From an uncultured Candidatus Saccharibacteria bacterium (GTDB taxonomy: Bacteria > Patescibacteriota > Saccharimonadia > CAILAD01 > CAZGYV01), in the NCBI GenBank assembly GCA_964530725.1, contig CAZGYV010000001.1:15829-79828 (forward strand): 64,000 nucleotides of DNA. The letters are read 5' to 3'. Below the pieces are notes generated by a model that saw only the letters and a list, made by a program, of their open reading frames with translations, was not told where the DNA came from and did no database searches. Within the stretch, counting starts at the first letter, position 1, and each line of letters opens with the position of its first letter. Positions 1 to 8,414 of the stretch are shown here, piece after piece. A program made the translations under genes and the position numbers.

Positions 1-384
1 AACCCAAAAAATAAACACTTTATTGAGCGGCGATGAGCTGCTGTTGGCAAACGTCAAGATCACAAGTGAAATACCGGTAGTCACGAACAGTGACCAGACT
101 ATAAGCGTGCGGTCTCTGTTTTTTAAGCGCGGCCAGATTAATAAATTATAGCTCAATCCGATAAGCGACAAAGCGATGACAGCGATATTGTCAGGCGGAA
201 AAGTACCAAAACCATGCGTCAATACAATATGAATACTAACAATGGCCACCAGCGCTACCTGGGTGATCGAAGATAAATACATCAGCCAGCGATTAAAGCG
301 GCTATCATCGCTGATGCCAGATTGCACTACGCCAGTCGGCAGCGGCGACGACTGGTTGGGTGGTTGAACGTTCTGCATCGTCAT
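1..384 (-). CDS. integral membrane protein, C-terminus cut by window edge
   Basis: The minus-strand frame opens at ATG 384-382 (MTMQNVQPPNQSSPLPTG...) and stays open to position 1. It has three hydrophobic spans (VALVAIVSIHIVL, IAVIALSLIGLSYNLLIW, LIVWSLFVTTGISLVILTF). It is absent from the ORF track because no stop lies in the window. Confidence 0.5.
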   Translation of the reverse strand, partial: MTMQNVQPPNQSSPLPTGVVQSGISDDSRFNRWLMYLSSITQVALVAIVSIHIVLTHGFGTFPPDNIAVIALSLIGLSYNLLIWPRLKNRDRTLIVWSLFVTTGISLVILTFANSSSSPLNKVFIFWV

Positions 385-460
385 AACTAAATTGTAGCAT
401 AAGCAAATTAGCCAGTGTTGCTTTTGAGTTTCGCCATTTGAGCTATAATTATCAACGAGT

Positions 461-1468
461 ATGCAAGCGGCAAATAAAATACCCATTACCGTCTTAACTG
501 GCTTTCTCGGCGCCGGCAAGACAACCGTGTTGAATTACATCCTTGTCAGTGGCCAGGGGCGTAAATTTGGCGCGATCGTCAACGATTTTGGTGATATTGG
601 CATAGATGGCAAGCTGGTGGAGAAAAAAACCGACAAGCAGCTCGAGCTAAGCAATGGCTGCATTTGCTGCAATCTGAACAATATGGACCTCACAGAGGCG
701 ATCGATCAGTTCACTCACCCTGCTTCACCGATGGATGAGATCTTGATAGAAGCTTCGGGCTTGGCCGCGCCCAAGGAGCTGCTGCTCACCTTGCGTGAGG
801 TGTTGAGTGAGCGAGTCGCATTGAGTGCCATCATTTGCGTCTTGGACGGCGAAAATTTCCTATCACTTGATAGTAATGAGGCTAAAATGGCTCGCGACCA
901 GATTAAATACGCTGATTTTGTACTGATCAATAAGTGCGATCTGATTGGTCAGAAAACCCGCCGCGAAATAGAGCAAATTGTCTTGGAGGCCAATCCCAAG
1001 GCGCGCCTGTTTGACATCGAGTACGGACGGGTTGATATTAATATTTTGCTCGGCAGTGGCCTGTCGAGCGCGTCAGATAAGTTACCGGATGGTACCAAGG
1101 CCGATCACGCGGCCCATCTTCACGGGCAATATCAAAGCCTTAGCTTTACTAGTGATAAACCGCTCCACCCGCTGGCCTTTCAGGAGTTTGTTAATAAAAA
1201 AATCCCCCGCCAGATCTATCGTGCCAAGGGCATAGTTGACTTGGGTGGCAAGGGCCACGATCGCAAATATATTTTTCAACTGGTGGGCGCGCGGGCTAAT
1301 CTGTCTTGGGAGGATTGGGCTGGTACAGCGCCAAAGACGGAGCTGGTATTTATTGGCCGAGATTTCGATGAGGATACGCTCAAGCGTGACCTCGAGGCTT
1401 GTGTGGACAGTGATCCGGCGAGTCAGCTTGAGGGCATGACGGTGCGCCTGCCTCGGCGTAATACTTAA
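461..1468 (+). CDS. COG0523/CobW-family G3E GTPase (putative metallochaperone)
   Basis: P-loop GFLGAGKTT, CxCC metal motif (NGCICCNL), EASGLAAP and NKCDL G-motifs, and a C-terminal CobW_C-like region; 335 aa. Confidence 0.85.
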   Translation: MQAANKIPITVLTGFLGAGKTTVLNYILVSGQGRKFGAIVNDFGDIGIDGKLVEKKTDKQLELSNGCICCNLNNMDLTEAIDQFTHPASPMDEILIEASGLAAPKELLLTLREVLSERVALSAIICVLDGENFLSLDSNEAKMARDQIKYADFVLINKCDLIGQKTRREIEQIVLEANPKARLFDIEYGRVDINILLGSGLSSASDKLPDGTKADHAAHLHGQYQSLSFTSDKPLHPLAFQEFVNKKIPRQIYRAKGIVDLGGKGHDRKYIFQLVGARANLSWEDWAGTAPKTELVFIGRDFDEDTLKRDLEACVDSDPASQLEGMTVRLPRRNT

Positions 1469-1474
1469 GTGTTT

Positions 1475-1666
1475 TTAGCCCGAACAAAATAGTCGATTTA
1501 TTATCAACTGCTTTGATCGGTCTTGCTGCTTAGCAGGTAGCCAAGCAGCAAGAGGCGGATTGGTAGGTTGTCGTCCCTTAGCAGATGACTGCCAGTAGAG
1601 CAGCATCACCAGAGCGAGCAAGATGATCACAGCGGTGACTAGGTGGCTGTAAAAGCGTTCCTTCAT
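1475..1666 (-). CDS. small single-pass membrane protein (63 aa), hypothetical
   Basis: Internal ATG (MKERFYSHLVTAVIILLALVMLLYWQ...) is preceded by a strong SD (caAGGAGGtacaggATG). It overlaps the stop of the upstream gene as ATGA and has one clear TM helix. Confidence 0.45.
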   Translation of the reverse strand: MKERFYSHLVTAVIILLALVMLLYWQSSAKGRQPTNPPLAAWLPAKQQDRSKQLIINRLFCSG

Positions 1667-2517
1667 CCTGTACCTCCTTGTCTTGAGAGACAGCTGTAAG
1701 TTCTCACGATTAAGCGAGTGACAGCTTCTAGCGAACAATCAGTGTTGTCAATGTAGATCTGCAGTTTGGGATTCTCATGGCATTTTCTAGCCAAATCTAC
1801 CGCCATGCGGTTGATATCTTCGGCCCGTGAGGAGCTATGACTTTCTGACCAACGGATGTTTTTCCTATTCTTGCGATCTGCCGGTCTGAGCGGCGCGACC
1901 TCTCGGGTGGCATCGAGCATATCGCGCTCGGCTATTTGAGCGACGATGGCCTGAAACGCGCCGTAGTCATCAACATCTTCACCCGATTCCATCATCCTGC
2001 GACGGGCTCGCTCGCGCGGGTCGGTATCGAGAAAGACGGCTAGCTTGAAGTCCCCGCGGTGCTCCCAGTAGCTGGATCTGCCATCGACGATTGCCACTTC
2101 TCCCCTGTCGCCGCATTGGCGCGCGAGGTGTCTGGTGCTTGCAATAACCCATGCACGCACTTCTGGCAAGCTAGAAACTAGCGAAACGTTTTTCTCGACT
2201 TCTCTACTACGAATGAACCGACTAATATCATCACTTTCGTAGTAAACGGTATCATCTCCTGCATCCATATGGACAAAGCGCCCGTACTCAAGAGCATTTT
2301 CGATAATAGCTCGTTGGGCAGCTATACTATGAGGATGATCAGATGAAGTAAGAAGCCTCTGGGTCGCTCTGCCGCCGAGTGCCGCGTAGGTGATGCCGCG
2401 ATAAAGCGCGCCGGTGTTGATGACCCAGCCATTGAGCTGCTCGGCTACCCGGCGAGCTGTCGTACTGCAGCCCGTGCCGGCCGGCCCGTCGATCACGATC
2501 ATGTTGAGCGCTGTCAT
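1663..2517 (-). CDS. cytidylate kinase-like P-loop kinase with C-terminal extension
   Basis: IVIDGPAGTGCSTTARRVAEQL P-loop followed by INTGALYRGITYAAL, then VDGRSS...KLAVFLDTDPRERARRR. This matches the Cmk pattern (IDGPxGxGK, DTGAMYR, GRD, FLTA..eRA.RR). At 284 aa it is longer than typical Cmk. Confidence 0.55.
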   Translation of the reverse strand: MTALNMIVIDGPAGTGCSTTARRVAEQLNGWVINTGALYRGITYAALGGRATQRLLTSSDHPHSIAAQRAIIENALEYGRFVHMDAGDDTVYYESDDISRFIRSREVEKNVSLVSSLPEVRAWVIASTRHLARQCGDRGEVAIVDGRSSYWEHRGDFKLAVFLDTDPRERARRRMMESGEDVDDYGAFQAIVAQIAERDMLDATREVAPLRPADRKNRKNIRWSESHSSSRAEDINRMAVDLARKCHENPKLQIYIDNTDCSLEAVTRLIVRTYSCLSRQGGTG

Positions 2518-2711
2518 TTGTTACCCCAATCTGGAAAAGAACGAAAAACCATCTCCGCTTATAGAGATGGCCTACCTTCCATTATTATATAATTATGTGC
2601 TGATAAGTCAATGGTGAAGTGCCACGTTACGAATCGGCACCTTATCAAGAAGGATCAGCCTCCTACTATCGACTACCAGTGTGGGGTGAAACTAGCGGCA
2701 TAAACGTGCGA

Positions 2712-2752
2712 GCCCCCGGAGAGACCCGCAGTATTGCAGGTGTCACGGGGGC
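2712..2752 (-). terminator. GC-rich hairpin just downstream of the 2757..3116 gene
   Basis: Perfect 7-bp arms GCCCCCG (2712-2718) and CGGGGGC (2746-2752) lie 5 nt after the stop. There is no U-tract. Confidence 0.4.
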
Positions 2753-2756
2753 GTGA

Positions 2757-3116
2757 TTAGCCGACTATGTTGAGGTGGGCTTGGGTGTGTGGGACGCTCT
2801 CGATGGCAACGCCACGCGAGGTGAAGAAATTGTTGAGAGCACGACTGATAGCGGCGTGCAGACGTACCTCGTACAGCTCGCGGCTCTCGGTGAACCAGGC
2901 TAGAATCACCAATTCGATGTCGACTGGCAAACTCTGGCTCTCGAAAATACCGTCGGTCTTGACGGTTCTGCCGGGAAAGAGGTCCTCGCCGAGCTCATCG
3001 TTGAATACCCTGGCGACGATGGCTTCGGCTTCTGAGGCGAATTGCTCGACCGTGAGGTTGAGGTTGGCCAGGGTATCGCGCCCTGCCTGCTTGGTGTAAA
3101 TGACATGGTGCGGCAC
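2757..3116 (-). CDS. hypothetical protein (119 aa), possibly tautomerase-superfamily-like
   Basis: Starts MPHHVIY (Pro at position 2, as in CHMI/4-OT-type tautomerases) and has a beta-alpha-beta feel in PVDIELVILAWFTESRELYEVRLHAAISRAL. The assignment is weak. The gene is high-GC relative to the backbone. Confidence 0.3.
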   Translation of the reverse strand: MPHHVIYTKQAGRDTLANLNLTVEQFASEAEAIVARVFNDELGEDLFPGRTVKTDGIFESQSLPVDIELVILAWFTESRELYEVRLHAAISRALNNFFTSRGVAIESVPHTQAHLNIVG

Positions 3117-3203
3117 AGTTGCCCCTTTCAGAGCGGATCTGGTTGTTAAGATGGTCTTATCGACCCCACAGCCTGCAAATTACTTTGTAAACTCTGAGGT
3201 CGA

Positions 3204-3228
3204 CCGGGGTGCTCTATGCGCACCCCGG
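3204..3228 (-). terminator. GC-rich perfect hairpin downstream of the 3250..3684 gene
   Basis: CCGGGGTGC (3204-3212) pairs with GCACCCCGG (3220-3228): 9 bp perfect, 7-nt loop, no U-tract. Confidence 0.4.
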
Positions 3229-3249
3229 AGCGATCCTTACTGAATGGAG

Positions 3250-3684
3250 CTAGTTCGCGGTCGTCGGCCAGGGGTCTCCCTCGGTAAGGTGTCTGATGAG
3301 CTTGTCATGCCAGTCGTCACGAACCACGTTGATGAACGTGGTGCCGCCTCCGACGCTCTCGTTGAGGGACTCGTTGCTGGTGCAGATCACCATAATGCAA
3401 TCAAGCCAACTGGCTCCGTAGCGAGCACCGCAGACGTGCTTGGTCAGGACGGAAAATGTATTGCCGTCAAGCTGAACCGACAGGAATGCACCGGTGGCCA
3501 AGTCGGCAGTCGTGGGGTAAATGCCGGCGTGGGGCTGGGAGCGCTCCAAGACGGAGATATCCTCGTCGCTAACATCGAGAGCCTGTTGGTAGGCCTGCGC
3601 GTGGCTGACGAATCGCTGCCACATGCTGGCCTCACGGCTGGTGGTTTCGTCGATGATCGAGCGTACCGCATTTCGAAAGCCCAT
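3250..3684 (-). CDS. hypothetical protein (144 aa; maximal ORF extends to 3741)
   Basis: I prefer the internal start MGFRNAVRSIIDE because of the SD (aaaGGAGccctATG); the ATG at 3741 has none. High-GC codon usage. I recognise no family. Confidence 0.4.
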   Translation of the reverse strand: MGFRNAVRSIIDETTSREASMWQRFVSHAQAYQQALDVSDEDISVLERSQPHAGIYPTTADLATGAFLSVQLDGNTFSVLTKHVCGARYGASWLDCIMVICTSNESLNESVGGGTTFINVVRDDWHDKLIRHLTEGDPWPTTAN

Positions 3685-3867
3685 AGGGCTCCTTTCACTT
3701 GAAGGATCGTCATTCACCGCGGATGCGGCAAATGTGTTCATTGCGCGAACCTGTAGATATTAGCACAACTATTGCTTTTTATCAAGGTTTGTGGTGTGAT
3801 TTCGTTTATTCTTCTTAGGACAATTGGCCGGGAGAAAATGCTCGAGGGCGCTGCTTGTTCCGGCATG

Positions 3868-3898
3868 AAAAAACCCGAGACTTAGACTCGGGTTTTTT
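3868..3898. terminator. bidirectional rho-independent terminator
   Basis: AAAAAACCCGAG-acttaga-CTCGGGTTTTTT: a 6-bp GC core flanked by an A-run and a T-run, so it can terminate in both directions. Confidence 0.7.
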
Positions 3899-3899
3899 C

Positions 3900-3922
3900 A
3901 TGGTGAACGTGGTTGAATCGAA
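3900..3922 (-). other. degenerate tRNA 3'-end-like remnant (candidate left attachment site)
   Basis: ATGGTGAACGTGGTTGAATCGAA compared with the tRNA-Glu 3' end ATGGTGATCCCACGGGGAATCGAA (10930-10953). The shared parts are ATGGTGA (ACCA end) and GAATCGAA (T-loop). The stems do not match and there is no cloverleaf. Confidence 0.3.
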
Positions 3923-4081
3923 TTGGAACGATATCCTTATGGAGTTCAGGCGACTCCATCACCTTATCAGGGGATTATCTCTGGCATAATCCATTCGCTA
4001 CGGTGATAGAACTAGTTTATGCTTGACACATAATGCTAATGCTTTTGTTATAGGCTTCTGAACCCTATAATACAGTGTAAT

Positions 4082-7000
4082 ATGTCTACATTACATAAAA
4101 GAGTATGGGGTAAAATCAAAAGCTACTTTGTAAGGGATGAAGCCGAGAAGCAAACACACCCCCTAAAGTCTCTCAGGCCAGCAAAGAATATTGATGGTCA
4201 CTCCGCTTATGTTGACGACATCGCTGAAGCGGTTGCAAATGATGACATTCTGAATATAGCCCTTACTGGCAGCTACGGTTCTGGTAAAAGTAGTATCCTC
4301 AGAGTCTTCAAGGATTCAACAAAGAAGAATAAAGTAGTCCAAATATCGTTCTCAAGCCTAGGGGCGAATATACAGGGTTATATCAATAAGTCTGAAGATG
4401 ATGAACACGAGAAGCTAAACAATCTCACAAACCTAATCCAAAAAGAGATAGTCAAACAGATACTCTTCAAGGAAAAGTACAAGAATATACCGTATTCAAA
4501 GTACAAGAGAGTCTCCAGCCCACGCTTGCCCCTAGTTTTTCTTAACGCATCATTAATATCTATAGTTCTGTTGGCCGTATCATTCGCAAACGGGTGGCTG
4601 GCTCAATTGTTTAAAGTTGCAGCCATTTCGGATTTCTGGTGGCAGGTAGCACTCTGTGCAGACCTATTCATTATCAGTACCTCGCTTATTGCTATCTTCG
4701 TGCTTACGCTATCTGGCAAAATACGGATAGATAAAATTGGTGCATCTTCAATATCATTATCACTCTCGGGAAGTGCAAGTTATTTTGACGAATACTTAGA
4801 TGAGATTATCTACTTCTTTGAAGCTGGACGATACAACGTGGTTATCTTTGAAGATATTGATAGGTTTGAGAGCCTTTATATTTTCGAGACCCTTCGACAG
4901 CTCAACACCATTCTGAATAACTCAGAGCAGATAAAACAACCCGTGACTTTCATCTACGCAATTAAAGACAGTATTTTCGCCAAAGAAGTTGTTGATGCTA
5001 AGAACGACCACAAAGAGCGAAGTGCAAACAGAACCAAGTTCTTTGACCTCATCATTCCTGTAGTTCCTTTCATTACTAATGTGAACTCACAAGACCACAT
5101 ACTTCAGGTTTTTGATAGCGAGTACCGAGACATCATCAGAGAGCCAGCCTCAGTAGTGGCAAAGCATATTACTGATATGCGTCTTGTGGTTAACATCTAT
5201 AACGAGTTTCTAATATTCAAGGATAAAGTTGTACTCCCCGACTCAGGCTTATCTCTGGATAAGTTATTTGCAGTTGTTGCTTACAAAAACTGGAATCTGG
5301 ATGAGTTTGAAAAAGTTAAAGATGGTGATAGTTCAATCGATAAGGTTATTGCTGCACACAGCAAATATGTTGACGATAGAATACGTACCATTAACTCTGA
5401 GATACGAAGCAAAGAAAGTGCCCTAAAGACTATCAATGCCATTGCTGAACGGTCACAGAGCTTAGGTAAGGTTCTTACCGACTATATAGCCGATGTATTG
5501 CGACAGGTGCAAGGTTCTGCTCAGTCCTATAGCCTTAACAGCACTTCTTATGACTTAGAAGATTTCACAACCGAAGATTTTTGGAGCGATATCATCAAAG
5601 GGGGTGAGACCAGTACTCTTATTGTCACCTATCGAGCATCAACTGGCTACACACAAAACCTTACACTGACGGCAGCCGACATCAGTAGTATTTGTAGCGA
5701 CAGCCTTGATAAAACCCAGTGGGATACAAAAGCAGCAGAAGCTATTGAAGACGAAATAGGAGTACTACGAGCCGAAGCTAATAAACTCCCATACCAAAGT
5801 ATCAAGGAACTCATTCAGGAATCACCAGAGTTTCTCGCTAAATTAAAGGAGCTCGATGGCGGTAAGGTTGTTGCTGACGAGGTAGGATGGCAACTCATTA
5901 AGGCTGGCTATATCGATACCGAATTCGTACACTACACCTCGCTATACTACAGCACCAGCATGAGCCTCAAAGCTCGTAGCTTCTTGCTAAATAATGTCCG
6001 ACTGAACAAACAGTCTTTGCATCACAAGTTTGAAAACGATGATGACATACAAGCACTTCTAGAAAAAATGGGCAGTACCTATCTTAATGATAAGAGCATG
6101 TACAACATCTCAATAGTTGATTACTTGCTCAGGAAGGATGACTCAAGAGTAGATAAGATAATAGCTAACTTGGCAGGCGGTGACGCTGACGACCTTCAAT
6201 TTATCAATGCATATGTGAAGGAGGGTTCTGAAGTAACCAAGTTTATCCAACAGCTTGCTGCACGATGGGATGGAATCTTTACGTATATTACAGGTGATAA
6301 CGAAATGGATGATAAAAAGAAGGGTCGTTTCATTAGCCTTGCATTAACTGCTGGTTCTGAGAGTATCAAGTATAAAACCAATCCATCCGTTAAAGGTTTT
6401 ATTGAGGCCAATAAAACAAACGTCCAGATACTTACAAACGATAACCAAGATAGCTCAGCCGTTGATGATGCTTGCCGATTGCTCATGCAGTTTGGAATTG
6501 AATTCGATACTCTTGATAATCTGAACGAGCAAGCAAAGGAAGCCGTAAAAGATTATGGTCTCTATACGGTCAATGAGCAGAACATGACATCTATCCTTGG
6601 AAGTCCAAGAGTGCCTTTGGATACAATCAAACGCACAAATGAATATGTCTACTCTCACTTGCTAGGGCATCTTGGTGAGTACGCAGACCTATTCCAGAAT
6701 CGAGCAGGCTCAGAATATGCACTTGCAGGCGAAGACGGATTTGAAGCAGTAATTGATGAGGTGTCAAAGATTTCGATGGATGACTTAGGATTAATTCTGG
6801 CTAATGCTGACCTGTCGAACTGTATCGTTCAAGATATTAATAAACTTGGTTCAGACACATGGCCTCTACTGGTTGAGAATGTCATTCTGTCCAACACTCT
6901 AAGTAACGTTCTGACATACTTTGAGCTGTCACATGCCGATGACAAGACAGTAATCAATGACCTGCTGGCTACATACCTTACTGAGGCTGAAACGGTTGTA

Positions 7001-7753
7001 CTTGATAAAGACTTTGCGGAGTATACTGCAGAAAATGTAAAGACCTTTGTTTTGGCCGTAGTAAATAGTTCAAAAATCGATGTGGAGACCACGGTTAATA
7101 TTGTCCATGATTGCTACACCGAAGACTACATTGACATATCAGATATTAAACCCCAAAACGGTAGCCTCTACGGTGCGTTGCTATCAAAGGACTGCATCGA
7201 AGATACGCAGGCGAACTTCGAGGCAATTAGAAACCTTTCTTGGGAAACGAAAAGCTCATACATAGCAAACTCCAAGAAGTTCTTAGAGTACATTGCAGCC
7301 CTCGCTCTCACTACGGACGAGCTAAACTCTATTGCTGAAGACGGCTCAATTCCTGATGCCGTTAACGAGTATATAGTCGATAACATCGTTGCTTATTCTG
7401 CTGAGTTATCTATCATGTCAGCTGCACACTTTGCCGAGTTTGCATTACGTAAGTCGAAGGTACTCAGTGCTGATTCACTTAAGGTTATTCTTGACGGAGC
7501 GGATAAGGAAACTAGCATTAAGCTCATAGGTCTAGCTTTAAATAATCTCGACTTTTCAAATATGCTCACACTCATGCCAGTTGTTGGTGGAGAGTATAAG
7601 AAGCTATCCGAGAAAAACAAACGACCATTATTTGAGAATACCGACTACAACTTAAACCTCATTGCCCGACTTAAAGAACTGGGCTTGGTGAGTAGTTATG
7701 AATTAAAAGATAATGAAACAAAAATAAAAGTAGTTATGAAGTCACGATGGTAG
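4082..7753 (+). CDS. KAP-family-like P-loop NTPase with transmembrane insert (1223 aa; YobI-like)
   Basis: Walker A LTGSYGSGKSS and Walker B-like VVIFEDIDRF are separated by two long hydrophobic helices (LVFLNASLISIVLLAVSFANGWLAQLF and WWQVALCADLFIISTSLIAIFVLTL). About 900 aa of unassigned, largely helical-looking sequence follows. Confidence 0.7.
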   Translation: MSTLHKRVWGKIKSYFVRDEAEKQTHPLKSLRPAKNIDGHSAYVDDIAEAVANDDILNIALTGSYGSGKSSILRVFKDSTKKNKVVQISFSSLGANIQGYINKSEDDEHEKLNNLTNLIQKEIVKQILFKEKYKNIPYSKYKRVSSPRLPLVFLNASLISIVLLAVSFANGWLAQLFKVAAISDFWWQVALCADLFIISTSLIAIFVLTLSGKIRIDKIGASSISLSLSGSASYFDEYLDEIIYFFEAGRYNVVIFEDIDRFESLYIFETLRQLNTILNNSEQIKQPVTFIYAIKDSIFAKEVVDAKNDHKERSANRTKFFDLIIPVVPFITNVNSQDHILQVFDSEYRDIIREPASVVAKHITDMRLVVNIYNEFLIFKDKVVLPDSGLSLDKLFAVVAYKNWNLDEFEKVKDGDSSIDKVIAAHSKYVDDRIRTINSEIRSKESALKTINAIAERSQSLGKVLTDYIADVLRQVQGSAQSYSLNSTSYDLEDFTTEDFWSDIIKGGETSTLIVTYRASTGYTQNLTLTAADISSICSDSLDKTQWDTKAAEAIEDEIGVLRAEANKLPYQSIKELIQESPEFLAKLKELDGGKVVADEVGWQLIKAGYIDTEFVHYTSLYYSTSMSLKARSFLLNNVRLNKQSLHHKFENDDDIQALLEKMGSTYLNDKSMYNISIVDYLLRKDDSRVDKIIANLAGGDADDLQFINAYVKEGSEVTKFIQQLAARWDGIFTYITGDNEMDDKKKGRFISLALTAGSESIKYKTNPSVKGFIEANKTNVQILTNDNQDSSAVDDACRLLMQFGIEFDTLDNLNEQAKEAVKDYGLYTVNEQNMTSILGSPRVPLDTIKRTNEYVYSHLLGHLGEYADLFQNRAGSEYALAGEDGFEAVIDEVSKISMDDLGLILANADLSNCIVQDINKLGSDTWPLLVENVILSNTLSNVLTYFELSHADDKTVINDLLATYLTEAETVVLDKDFAEYTAENVKTFVLAVVNSSKIDVETTVNIVHDCYTEDYIDISDIKPQNGSLYGALLSKDCIEDTQANFEAIRNLSWETKSSYIANSKKFLEYIAALALTTDELNSIAEDGSIPDAVNEYIVDNIVAYSAELSIMSAAHFAEFALRKSKVLSADSLKVILDGADKETSIKLIGLALNNLDFSNMLTLMPVVGGEYKKLSEKNKRPLFENTDYNLNLIARLKELGLVSSYELKDNETKIKVVMKSRW

Positions 7754-7919
7754 ACGTGGGGTGCGGTAGGGCTCGCCAAGCGTAGCGGCACAAGTCCTGT
7801 TTAGCGGGATACTACTTTATAGCATAAGCATGCCATAAGCAAAAAACGAAAACTCCATACCTCTGCATCTGTAAATTGGCGGATTTCTAGTAGTTTTTGG
7901 CTATGACTAACTATACGTA

Positions 7920-8414
7920 TTAGTAGCTTTTAGGAATAGCCTTACAAACTTCATCAAGAAGCTCATCAGGACTCATGTTGAGGTTTTGGTTTAAGTCTTT
8001 AAACTCCATAGTTATCATCACATAGACCATAGTCTGGAAGTTATTTGGGTGTTCTAGCTTCTCTGCAACTTGGGTTGTATATGCAGTTAGTCGTAATAGT
8101 TCGTCTGGCTTTTTGAATCCAGTTCTTGCAGAGACTGTCATAAGTCGCAACTCTTCCTTACTGGCATTAGGATTCTGGCGTTTATGCATGTCATACATCT
8201 TCTTTTGCGTCTTGGCTATTGAAACAGGACTACCTGCTTTTTTGAATAGTCCACCAATCCACTTGAAGATAGCAACAACCCAAAAGAACAGACCAAACCA
8301 TACAAGGATACCCGCAAACATTGAGGGTAGTAAATGGAATATACTAGGCAGCATTAAAGCTAACCCGATAAGGAACAGTTGATAAGGCTTAATACTTTTT
8401 CTTTGCTTCGACAT
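7920..8414 (-). CDS. hypothetical two-TM membrane protein (164 aa)
   Basis: Start MSKQRKSIKPYQ is preceded by an SD (ttAAGGAGaaaaacATG). Hydrophobic hairpin LFLIGLALMLPSIFHLL / FAGILVWFGLFFWVVAIF, followed by a soluble C-terminal domain. The 196-aa track ORF has an unsupported N-terminal extension. Confidence 0.55.
   Translation of the reverse strand: MSKQRKSIKPYQLFLIGLALMLPSIFHLLPSMFAGILVWFGLFFWVVAIFKWIGGLFKKAGSPVSIAKTQKKMYDMHKRQNPNASKEELRLMTVSARTGFKKPDELLRLTAYTTQVAEKLEHPNNFQTMVYVMITMEFKDLNQNLNMSPDELLDEVCKAIPKSY

Noticed and set aside
3244-3702. 152-aa plus-strand ORF opposite the 3250..3741 ORF, and 2767..3099 opposite 2757..3116
   Set aside because: The minus-strand versions have an SD (3684) or a Pro-2 start, and each is followed by a hairpin terminator on the minus strand. 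The plus-strand versions are high-GC shadow frames.
3900-3975. Possibility that the tRNA-like remnant is a functional tRNA or tmRNA-like gene
   Set aside because: Only the T-loop and ACCA end are recognisable. The T-stem and acceptor complements are missing upstream, so no cloverleaf can be drawn.
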